Assembly: GCA_963736115.1 (NCBI GenBank)
Contig: CAVTNR010000017.1
Coordinates: 32,001-96,000, forward strand
Origin: an uncultured bacterium
GTDB taxonomy: Bacteria; Zhuqueibacterota; QNDG01; DTFT01
Length of the DNA: 64,000 bases
Reading direction: 5' to 3'
Made by a program: the position numbers and the translations under genes. Shown here piece after piece: positions 42,121 to 50,650 of this stretch; the first letter of the stretch is position 1; each line of letters begins with the position of its first letter. The notes below the pieces were generated by a model that was not told the DNA's origin, made no database searches, and saw only the letters and a list, made by a program, of their open reading frames with translations.

Positions 42121-42795
42121 ATGAAAAAATCATTGACGGTTCTGATTTCCTGCGCTCTCCTGCTGCATGCGTCGCCCCGCGTCGCCTCGGCCGCGGAGCC
42201 GGCCGCTCCGTCGCGGACAAAAGCCCTCGCTCTTTCCCTTGTCCTTCCCGGAGCGGGAGAGATCTATTCCGGTTCGCGACAATCGGCCGCGGTTTTCTTC
42301 GGCGCCGAGTGCGCTCTATGGGCGGTTTTCGCGGGATTCAGGGGATATGCCGGGTCGCGTCTGCAGGACTGCCGACTCTACTCGGCGGGCCACGCGGGAG
42401 CGGATCCCTGGGGCAAGGGACGGGACTTTCTGGTGGCGATGGAAAATTTCATGACGCTCGCGGATTACAACGAGGCCAAACTGAGGCAACGGGATCTGAA
42501 TGCCGTGTATCCGGAGGGCGGCGTGTATGAATGGAAGTGGGATTCGGACGCCTCCCGACGCAGGTTTGAGCGCATGCGCATCTCCGGCGACCGCGCAAAC
42601 CGCGCCGCCCTTTTCACCGCGGGGGGGATTGCGTTGAACCACATTGTCAGCGGCATCAATGCCATGCGCATCGCGCGCAGGGCAGAAACCGCGGCCGCTC
42701 AAGGCGCAGTGTCGCCGACGGCAACGGACTGGCGCGTGTCCTTTGCCGGACTGCCGGACGGCGGCGGCGTGATCGGGGTGTCGATGCGGTTCTGA
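42121..42795 (+). CDS. Exported/membrane protein, paralog of the preceding gene
   Basis: LSLVLPGAGEIY, NHIVSGINA. Confidence 0.7.
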   Translation: MKKSLTVLISCALLLHASPRVASAAEPAAPSRTKALALSLVLPGAGEIYSGSRQSAAVFFGAECALWAVFAGFRGYAGSRLQDCRLYSAGHAGADPWGKGRDFLVAMENFMTLADYNEAKLRQRDLNAVYPEGGVYEWKWDSDASRRRFERMRISGDRANRAALFTAGGIALNHIVSGINAMRIARRAETAAAQGAVSPTATDWRVSFAGLPDGGGVIGVSMRF

Positions 42796-42825
42796 TGGGA
42801 AAGCCGAACCCCGGATAATCATGTC

Positions 42826-43820
42826 GGGAGTGCCGCGCCCCAACGCGGCTTTTTTTATATTCGATATGGCCACGGACCGCGCCGGGTGTGCACAAACGGG
42901 AACATCGCACTTGGGAGTGCCGCTCCGGGAGTGCCGCGCCCCAGCGCGGCTAAATATCTAGTGATCTACCCAGCCGATTTTCGCAACCATCGGTTCATTT
43001 ATGGGCTACTTCATGCCGGCACTGCTCCAGGGCCAGTCTTCCCGCCTTAGGACCAGTCCGGCCTTCACAGGATTTTCCTCAATATAATCGACAACTGCAA
43101 TTTTGTGATTCTCATTCCCGATGAACCGGTCCCAGTAATCCCTCTGCCAGAATCCGCAATGTGCGACCTGCCCTTCCCGGGACCGCCGCGCCCCTGCGCG
43201 GCTGTCATGGCGCATGTCTTCAACCAATACCTGTGCGCGAATCCGTCTGGCTGTGAAGGACTTCCAGGAATTGATGATTTTCGATAAAGGGCAGGTCCCT
43301 GTCGTCTGGATGAGGACATGGCAATGGTTCGGCATAACGACGAACGCAAGAAGACGGTATCTCTCGGGATCGAACCTTTTCCAGGTGTTGATCACGAGTC
43401 CAGCTGCGATCGGTTTTTCGAGGATGCAGGAGCCGTATCCCGTGTCGAGAAATGCTTCGATGCGTCGACCGTGCTCCTTCGCTTTAGGAGCGCCTTTTAA
43501 ATGCCTGAGTTCCTGTTCCACGTCACGGAACATGCGGACAGGAACCGCATCTGCGAGACGATAGGTGATGTGCTGAAGAACATGGGGTGCGTCGATATGA
43601 GGAAGGGAACCGCGGAATTTTCGACCGTTGAGCATGGCCGCGCTGGTGCGCGGCCGTCCCACGGTGATTCTCCCTGTTGAGGAATCGTGGTTGCTTATGC
43701 TTCGGTCCCCCGGTTCATCCGCTGCATGGGATGAGAAGGGGGGCATGACAACTCCACAGAAAGGATGCCCGGTTTTTGATTGACTCTCGTATGACAGCCG
43801 CGCTGGTGCGCGGCGCTCCC
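42826..43820. repeat. REP family B copies around and inside the RAYT gene
   Basis: GGGAGYGCCGCGCMCCAGCGCGGCT-like units at 42826, 42927 and 43179 (+) and at 43636 and 43796 (-). Confidence 0.8.
43006..43635 (-). mobile_element. REP-associated tyrosine transposase (RAYT, Y1 HUH family)
   Basis: LPH..HITYRL, FVVMPNHCHVL (HUH), SWKSFTAR, FWQRDYWDRFI, YIEENPVKAGL..DWPWSS. Confidence 0.88.
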
Positions 43821-43894
43821 GGAGCGGCTATTGAAATTGCGGCATTAAAAGAACGGCATTCCCGGTTGTCCGCATCAGTGAATTCCTCCGGATC

Positions 43895-45580
43895 CTACCC
43901 GCACAGCCTCTTGTATTCGGCGGCGTTCCCCTCCACCACGGCTTTTTCGACAGCTTCCTTCCAGCGCTGAACGCGCGGGCTCTTGTCCGTCATGGATTCA
44001 ATGATATTGGTGATGTCCGCCTTCTTTTTGACGGACAAAGACCTGAGCGACTCAAGCGTTGCGCGCAGGCGCCTCCGGTCCGCATCGGACAGAGCGACCG
44101 GCTGGGGAATCGCGGGTTTGAGAATCGCCTCGGTCGGCTGCGCGGCCGTGGACCCGGAAGGCGCATCTGATCGGGGCAGGGTGAACCCGAATGACAGGCC
44201 GCCGCCGTCCGTCTCGACCCGTATGGTCCCGCCGTGCGCCTCCACGGCCAGCCTGCAGAAAGCCAGGTCCAGCGCGGTCCCCTCGCCGGTGCGTTCCGTG
44301 CCGAACATGCCGGCCCTGTCCCCGGGCGGCAGACCGTCGCTTGTCCCGTTCACCGAGGCCCGCACCCATTCATCCTCGCCCGAAATGGCCTTGACCCAAA
44401 CCTCACCGCCGGACGGCGAGATCTCCGCCATGCGGATCAGCAGGGTCGAGAATACGCGCCGTATCCAGTCCGGATCGCCGATCACGTCCAGGTTTTTGAC
44501 CACGTCGTTGTGCGCCCGGATTCCCCGTTCCGCGAAAAGTTTCTGCAAGCCATCGAGCGACTTTTCCGCGGCATCATGCAGGCTGACGATTTCCTCGGCT
44601 GTGGTGCGCCGTTTGTCCCGCAGCGAGGGCACGTCCAGGATGTCCTGCGCGCGGTCCAGGGCGCGGCCCGCGGCGGCGCGGGCGTCCCGGCCCCCGGGCG
44701 CGGACGCGGCTTCAAGCAGGGGCTTCAGCTCGCGCATGACCGCTTCCTGCACGGACTCGTTCATGCGCGTCGCGGACAGGAGTCTGGCTTCGGTGTTCTC
44801 CAGCCTGCGCAGAAGCCGGCGTTCGCGAGAGCGGCCGATCAGGAGAGCGACGATGAAGGCGCATGCGAACAGAAACGCCGTGATGCCGGCAATCAGGAAG
44901 CGGATGAAATCCGGACGCATGCGGACGCTGTTTTCAGCGGCCGCCAGCCTCGACTCAAGGGCGTCGCGTTCGATCCGGTTCCGGGTTTCGATTTCCGACA
45001 AGCGGGCTCTTTCCGTTTCGGAACGCACGCTGTCCCGCAGTGCCTCGTAGCGGAGCTGAAATCCGAAAGCGGAACGGAAATCCGAGCGTGCAGCGGCGAT
45101 CGAGGCCGCGGATTTCAGAGTTTCGGCGAGGAGGGCCCGGTCCGCCGATAATTCGGCTTCGGACAGAGCCTGTTGCATGAAATCCGAGGCGCGGTCCGAT
45201 TCCCTGCGCATCATGTGGCTCGAAGCCAGATGCGTCAGGATGGATATCCTGAGGGCGGGACCCGTGCTCTGTCCTCCCAGGGCCAGTGCCCGGCGGTCAT
45301 ACGCCAGGGCGGAATCGGCCAGGCGGAGGCGCAGAAAGGCGGCCGATATCGCGTCGCAGGCCGCGGCGGAGCGGACCGAATCGCCCGCGGCGAGGGAGAG
45401 GGCCAGCGCCTCGCGGCCCGCGGCCAGGCTCCTGGAGGGCGATTCCTCCAGGGTGCGGAAGGCCGTTTCCACAAGACGGTCCGCCGCGGCCGTGGTGGAA
45501 TCAGGAGCGGCCGGCGATTGCGCGAAAAGCGGTAATGCAAACAATAAAAAAGCGAGACTTGTTTTAATCGGATTTTTCAT
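43895..45580 (-). CDS. TPR-like periplasmic sensor with a degenerate histidine kinase module
   Basis: Signal peptide, helical repeats, TM; H-box region reads VMRELKPLL; degenerate N/G boxes; LAFCRLAVEAHGGTI retained. Confidence 0.7.
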   Translation of the reverse strand: MKNPIKTSLAFLLFALPLFAQSPAAPDSTTAAADRLVETAFRTLEESPSRSLAAGREALALSLAAGDSVRSAAACDAISAAFLRLRLADSALAYDRRALALGGQSTGPALRISILTHLASSHMMRRESDRASDFMQQALSEAELSADRALLAETLKSAASIAAARSDFRSAFGFQLRYEALRDSVRSETERARLSEIETRNRIERDALESRLAAAENSVRMRPDFIRFLIAGITAFLFACAFIVALLIGRSRERRLLRRLENTEARLLSATRMNESVQEAVMRELKPLLEAASAPGGRDARAAAGRALDRAQDILDVPSLRDKRRTTAEEIVSLHDAAEKSLDGLQKLFAERGIRAHNDVVKNLDVIGDPDWIRRVFSTLLIRMAEISPSGGEVWVKAISGEDEWVRASVNGTSDGLPPGDRAGMFGTERTGEGTALDLAFCRLAVEAHGGTIRVETDGGGLSFGFTLPRSDAPSGSTAAQPTEAILKPAIPQPVALSDADRRRLRATLESLRSLSVKKKADITNIIESMTDKSPRVQRWKEAVEKAVVEGNAAEYKRLCG

Positions 45581-45700
45581 GCGTCGGTTTCCGCGGTCCG
45601 GCCGGTCAGTCGGGCGGCCAGAAGCTTGGTCATTCTGGTTCCAGTTTTTCTGGATGATCGGAGATTGGGCTTGTGGCCGCTCCGACGGGTCTGATTCCCC

Positions 45701-45848
45701 GCCGCTTGCCTTCAACCAGAAAGCATATAATAGTTTGGTCCCGCGCAACGGGGCGGCGTCCATCATCCAAGTTTCTCGCGATACTCCGCTGCTTGTCTTC
45801 AATAATTCGTAAATAGAATAGCTTGATCCCGCGAAGCGGGCGGCGGGG
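45701..45848 (+). repeat. Dispersed repeat family C, two tandem copies
   Basis: GCTTGYCTTCA-N-ATARAATAG.TTGRTCCCGCG.A.CGGG; further copies at 52100-52340 and 57714-57760. Confidence 0.7.
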
Positions 45849-45852
45849 TCCT

Positions 45853-46986
45853 TCATTTCAGCAGAAGCAGTTTTTTGGAACACGAGGAGGTCCGGCCCGC
45901 AGAGACGGCCTGTACCCGGTACGCGTATACGCCTGAAGGAAGCCCTTCTCCGGCGTCGTTCCTGCCGTCCCACGCGATCTGATGCGTTCCCTCCGCGTGA
46001 AAACCGCCTGTCAGGGACCGCACGCGGCGGCCCTTCATGTCGAAGACGTCGATGCGCACTTCGGAAGGGGATTGCAGGCGGTACTCGATCACAGTGCCGG
46101 CATTAAACGGGTTCGGAAAGTTCTGGCCGAGAATGAAGCCGGACGCCGAGCCGCCTGTCCCGTTCCCTTGCACGGATGTGACGGTCGGATCGATGAGCTC
46201 CACCTGGTCGAGAACGAAAGTCCCGGCCTGGGCCCCGACATTGAAGCGCAGATAGGCCGCGGGATCGTTGATTTCGCAGACGAATTCGAAGGGGCCGAAG
46301 AAATTGTCCTGGTCCACGGTCACGTCCTGCTGGAAATACACGGTATAGGGTTCCTTATTCTCCTGCAGGGTCACTTCAATGGTCCTGGCGGGCGTGGCAC
46401 GGGCCATGAATCCCAGTTCGTAGGTGCGGCCGCTCTGCAGGGCCACCGGATTCTGGAGCTGAATCTGCCAGTTGGCAGTGCCCGGCGTGGTGATGTTAAT
46501 GACCGCAGCGGCGCCGACGGCCAGTCCGGTCGTGGTGTCCAGTGAGAACGCCGCGCGCGCCTCAGCCAGCCAGATGTTGAACGACCAGGGCCAGAGGCTG
46601 CAGCTGAACTCGCCGTTGGCAAGAATGTTGCCGTCCGGCACGTCGCCCACTGAAATCACCACGGGCTCGGACATTGCGGTTCCACCCTGCTTGCCGTTCA
46701 CAACCGCGGTCATCACGTACACGCCGGGCGGGACGTCGTTCCAGTTGAATTCGTACGGAGCCCGCGTGTCCGTGGCTGAGGCAATGCCGTTCCGGAAGAA
46801 CTGGACATTCTGAACCTCCCCGCCGGATACCTGGACGTCTGCCTGGACGGGGATGTCGGAGCATTCCTCGAAATGCTGGCCATGAACCGGACTGGTGAAG
46901 GAAACCGACAGGGTCTGGGCGCTGAGAACGGCCTGAACCAGGAAAAGGCCGGTCAGAAGCGCAATCTGGACTGATTTCTGTCTCAT
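45853..46986 (-). CDS. T9SS cargo: Ig-like domain, CBM4/9-like domain, FlgD-type CTD
   Basis: TRAPYEFNW..PGVY, NILANGEF, WQIQLQ, GQNFPNPFN..WDGRND..KKLLLLK. Confidence 0.82.
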   Translation of the reverse strand: MRQKSVQIALLTGLFLVQAVLSAQTLSVSFTSPVHGQHFEECSDIPVQADVQVSGGEVQNVQFFRNGIASATDTRAPYEFNWNDVPPGVYVMTAVVNGKQGGTAMSEPVVISVGDVPDGNILANGEFSCSLWPWSFNIWLAEARAAFSLDTTTGLAVGAAAVINITTPGTANWQIQLQNPVALQSGRTYELGFMARATPARTIEVTLQENKEPYTVYFQQDVTVDQDNFFGPFEFVCEINDPAAYLRFNVGAQAGTFVLDQVELIDPTVTSVQGNGTGGSASGFILGQNFPNPFNAGTVIEYRLQSPSEVRIDVFDMKGRRVRSLTGGFHAEGTHQIAWDGRNDAGEGLPSGVYAYRVQAVSAGRTSSCSKKLLLLK

Positions 46987-47133
46987 GGGGGCCTCCAATG
47001 CTTGTTCTTTATGAATTTAATAAAGAGACTGGAGAAATGAAAACGATTTTTTACAGGCGGGACATAAAAAACCCGACTCCGGAGTCGGCCCCGGGGTCGG
47101 ATGATCCTGTCACTGGCCGCCTTGTCAAGCGGA

Positions 47134-47499
47134 CTATTGCCGGGTTTGTCTCCTCCCGGAAGAATCGGGTTCGGATCCACCGGATATATTTTTTTCTTCA
47201 CGTGATATTCTTCTGTCAGCGTCCGGCCGGGTGCTTTCGTCTTTCGAAGACGCGGGATCATGACGGTCGAACGGCCGTTTCGGTTCAGGCGGCGGCGGAT
47301 CCTGCGCAGAAAGCGGCGGAAGAAAATGATTATTAATGATGATGACCGGAGGCGGCGACGGCGGAATCGGAGGAGGCGGAGGTCCCCCGCCAGCAGGCGG
47401 ATCCGGGGAGGCGATTGGCAGAACCGTGAAGCATCCGTTGCAGAGTAAAGCGATCGGGACCATGATCGCGATTGTCTTCCGGTATTCCGATTTCAGCAT
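47134..47499 (-). CDS. Small Pro-rich putative lipoprotein
   Basis: Hydrophobic stretch followed by CNGC; GGAGG RBS; poly-Pro segment. Confidence 0.5.
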   Translation of the reverse strand: MLKSEYRKTIAIMVPIALLCNGCFTVLPIASPDPPAGGGPPPPPIPPSPPPVIIINNHFLPPLSAQDPPPPEPKRPFDRHDPASSKDESTRPDADRRISREEKNISGGSEPDSSGRRQTRQ

Positions 47500-47656
47500 G
47501 ACAGGCCTCCCTTCCCGATTTTGAGTTTGTCGCCCCGGTTTTCCTTCTGATCGGCTGTATCCCGCGATCATGTCCCGTTTTTTTCAGGACCGGACCGCCG
47601 CTTCAGAGGATGAAGGAGGCGGCGATCCGGTTGGAGGCGTTCCGCTCTTGCTGGTT

Positions 47657-48829
47657 CTATCGTTTGCTGTGCCGGGACCCGGAGTTTCGGCTTTCGCGGC
47701 TGTCCGTTTTTACCCCGCGATCCGCCTGTTCCCCGGAATTCCGTGACCGGATTTCCGTCTTGATCCGCGGCGATTCCACGTTTCCGGACGACCCGGTTTT
47801 CAGGCGGGGCTTTGACGGTTCGGCAGGCGCGGCCGGGCGCTCGGCCTGTCTCTCGACCCGGCCGGTCCGGTTCCGGGTATCCGGGAACGCGGGCATCTGG
47901 AAAGAGGGTTTCTTGTCATTCCAGGTCATGGGTGTTCTGGAATCGCTCCGGTTCGCGGCGGGTTCCCTGTTTTCCGCGGAACGGATTACCCGTCTTGCCT
48001 TCGATCCGGAATCGGTGTTTCCGGTTTCGGTTTTACGGCCGTTTGTGTCCCTATTCGTCCTGTTCCGATCCGTCTCAGCCGGGCTGACCACAATCCGGCG
48101 CACTGTTTCATGCAGGGTACCGGCGCTCGCAGGCGGCGGTGTTCTGCGGACTGTTGCAGGCGTTTCCCTGTCACGGGCCGGATCCTGCCTGTCGAAGGAA
48201 CGATTCCGGTCTTTCGGAGGCTGTTCCTTCTGCCGGTTATGATCCTGACCGGGGCCCTGATCCGAAGGACGGTTGCCGTCACGGCCGGAGAATCCGCTGT
48301 CTCCGCCCCAGCGGTCATCAGACCGGTCATTCCAGCGGCCATGGTCGTCCTGCCGCCTGGGAGGTGTATAACGGGAGCCGGCCGGACCGCGGTTCCAGTC
48401 AGGACCGTTTTCCCAATGCGCATAGTGTCGGAGTCCCCGGTAATGGGGATGATCCATGACCCATCTCGAAACGGGAAACCAGTGCTGGGTCCGTATTCCG
48501 AAGCGCCAGTCCATTCCCCATTGGAAAGCGATGCTTACGTCCGGGCCCTGGAGCCAGAGACCGAATTCCGATTCCGGGATCCAGCACCGGTGATACCAGT
48601 CGTAGACCGGGTAAATCACCGGGGGCGCGCATGGCGTGAACATGAACGGATTGAGGAATACAGCGACCGGAGGAACTTCCACCACGTTCCCGTTGGTGTC
48701 GTCCGCCCAGGCGTTTCCTGCCGGCCAATCCTGCGCATGCAGGCTCGTGTAATACGAGTAGCATCCGGTGAACACAAAGACAACCGGGAGCAGGGGCAGA
48801 AACCGGAACCACGATTTGAAAGTTTTCAT
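47657..48829 (-). CDS. Lipoprotein with an aromatic-rich region and a long disordered R/S/T-rich tail
   Basis: Lipobox FTGC; AAGGAGG RBS. Confidence 0.65.
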   Translation of the reverse strand: MKTFKSWFRFLPLLPVVFVFTGCYSYYTSLHAQDWPAGNAWADDTNGNVVEVPPVAVFLNPFMFTPCAPPVIYPVYDWYHRCWIPESEFGLWLQGPDVSIAFQWGMDWRFGIRTQHWFPVSRWVMDHPHYRGLRHYAHWENGPDWNRGPAGSRYTPPRRQDDHGRWNDRSDDRWGGDSGFSGRDGNRPSDQGPGQDHNRQKEQPPKDRNRSFDRQDPARDRETPATVRRTPPPASAGTLHETVRRIVVSPAETDRNRTNRDTNGRKTETGNTDSGSKARRVIRSAENREPAANRSDSRTPMTWNDKKPSFQMPAFPDTRNRTGRVERQAERPAAPAEPSKPRLKTGSSGNVESPRIKTEIRSRNSGEQADRGVKTDSRESRNSGSRHSKR

Positions 48830-48865
48830 GACACGCCTCCTTTCGGGATGACAGAAAGTAACTGT

Positions 48866-48880
48866 TCAAAGGACGTGCCA
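48866..48880 (-). promoter_or_regulatory. Putative sigma54-type promoter
   Basis: TGGCACG-TCCT-TTGA about 37 nt before the ATG; AT-rich tract and a TGT-N11-ACA element about 100 bp upstream. Confidence 0.65.
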
Positions 48881-49230
48881 TATGTAAAATAGCGACCCAA
48901 GCTTATGTAATTAAATAATTTAATCAGACAACAGGGTACGTGCCGGCAAGAAAAAATTGTAAATCTTGTTATCGGTCATGTAAACCAGATTAACAAAAAC
49001 CGCCCTGGTGCAAAAACCAGCATCGGGATTTTTTGCTTGATTTCCATTTCGCATCTAAATACCTTTCCACCAGGCTGATGACGCCTCTGTTATCCGTGCC
49101 TGCCCGTGATAAACGGCCGGCTGTTTCGTTCCGCGAGTCCCGTTACCGGAGAGCATCCCGGAGGACTCCCATGCGCCGGCTGCTCGAACAACGGCGCGAA
49201 ACCCTGCTTCACTCGATTCGGAGTGATCCA

Positions 49231-50478
49231 ATGGCAAAAGACATCAACCGGGTGGTCGTGACCGGAATGGGATCCGTCACACCCATCGGTATCGGCGTCG
49301 AATCATTCTGGAACGGACTCATCGCCGGGAAAAACGGCGTATCCCGAGTCACCCGTTTTGACCCCACCGGATTCCGTTCGCAGATGGCCGCGGAAGTGAA
49401 GGATTTCGTCCCTGAAGACTGGATCGAAAAGAAATCGGTTGATCGGATGGACCGGTTCACCCAATTCGCCATTGCGGCATCGTCACAGGCGATGAAAGAT
49501 GCGGGCCTGGATGTCTCTCCTTTTGATCCGGCGCGGGCCGGAATCATCGTCGGTTCCGGAATAGGAGGCATCGCCACAATGGAGGAAAGCCACAGGAAAC
49601 TTCTTGAGAAGGGACCCAGAAGCGTCAATCCTTTTCTGGTATCGAAGTTTCTGATCAATATGGCCGCCTGCAATGTATCCATCCAGTACGGCCTGAAAGG
49701 CCCCATCTCGGCTCCGTCGATGGCGTGTTCCACCGGGGCGAATGCGATCGGGGACGCGTTCCGGATCATTCAGAGAGGGGACGCGGACATCATGCTTGCG
49801 GGGAGTTCCGAGGCCGCGGTGAGTCCCCTGGCCTATGGCGGTTTCTGCGCGACACGGTCCATGTCCGTGAATCCCGAACCGGAGAAGGCGAGCCGGCCTT
49901 TTGACCTGAACCGGGACGGTTTTGTGATGGGCGAGGGCGCGGGGATCGTGGTTCTCGAAAGCCTGGCGCATGCCGTCCGGCGCGGCGCGAAGATTTACGC
50001 GGAACTGGCCGGTTACGGCAACACAGCGGACGCATTTCACGTCACCGCGCCAGAGCCCAGCGGAGATGGGATGACGAGAGTCATGTGCGCGGCGCTCCGG
50101 GACGCATCGATGGATCCCGGAGAAGTGCAATACATCAACGCGCACGGCACATCGACGGACATGAATGATAAAATTGAAAGTGCCGCCATCCTGAAGGTTT
50201 TCGGCGGCCATTCAGAAGCGCTGAAAGTCAGCTCCAACAAATCCATGATCGGTCATCTGTTGTCCGCGGCCGGGGCCGTGGAATGCATCGCCACGGTGAT
50301 GAGCGTCCGCTCGGGGGTTGTGCCTCCGACCATCAATTACGAGACCCCCGACCCGGATTGCCCGCTGGATTACGTCACCCGGGGCGCCGAATCGATGGAC
50401 CTTCGGGTTGCGATCAGCAATTCCTTCGGTTTCGGAGGGGGGAACGCCTGTCTGGTGGTGAAGAAATACGAGGGGTGA
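49231..50478 (+). CDS. fabF: Beta-ketoacyl-ACP synthase II
   Basis: RVVVTGMG, MACSTG, NAHGTST, KSMIGHLL, SNSFGFGG. Confidence 0.95.
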   Translation: MAKDINRVVVTGMGSVTPIGIGVESFWNGLIAGKNGVSRVTRFDPTGFRSQMAAEVKDFVPEDWIEKKSVDRMDRFTQFAIAASSQAMKDAGLDVSPFDPARAGIIVGSGIGGIATMEESHRKLLEKGPRSVNPFLVSKFLINMAACNVSIQYGLKGPISAPSMACSTGANAIGDAFRIIQRGDADIMLAGSSEAAVSPLAYGGFCATRSMSVNPEPEKASRPFDLNRDGFVMGEGAGIVVLESLAHAVRRGAKIYAELAGYGNTADAFHVTAPEPSGDGMTRVMCAALRDASMDPGEVQYINAHGTSTDMNDKIESAAILKVFGGHSEALKVSSNKSMIGHLLSAAGAVECIATVMSVRSGVVPPTINYETPDPDCPLDYVTRGAESMDLRVAISNSFGFGGGNACLVVKKYEG

Positions 50479-50552
50479 GGAAAAAAAGTTCATAGTTCAT
50501 AGTAGGTCCGAAATGGCCCGCTTCTTCTCGCGGGCCTTTCGGACAGTTGCAC

Positions 50553-50600
50553 AAAAAAAAGACGGTAACCTTTCAGAAGAAGGTTCCCGCCTTTTATTTT
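50553..50600. terminator. Bidirectional terminator-like hairpin
   Basis: A8-GACGGTAACCTT..AAGGTTCCCGCC-TTTT between convergent genes. Confidence 0.55.
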
Positions 50601-50650
50601 ATGTAATAGCAAATCAATGATTTCTTTAACTATGAACCATGAATTATGAA

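Noticed and set aside
45581-45973. N-terminal extension of the 692-aa ORF
   Set aside because: Overlaps the upstream gene and repeat elements; the signal peptide begins at 45580.
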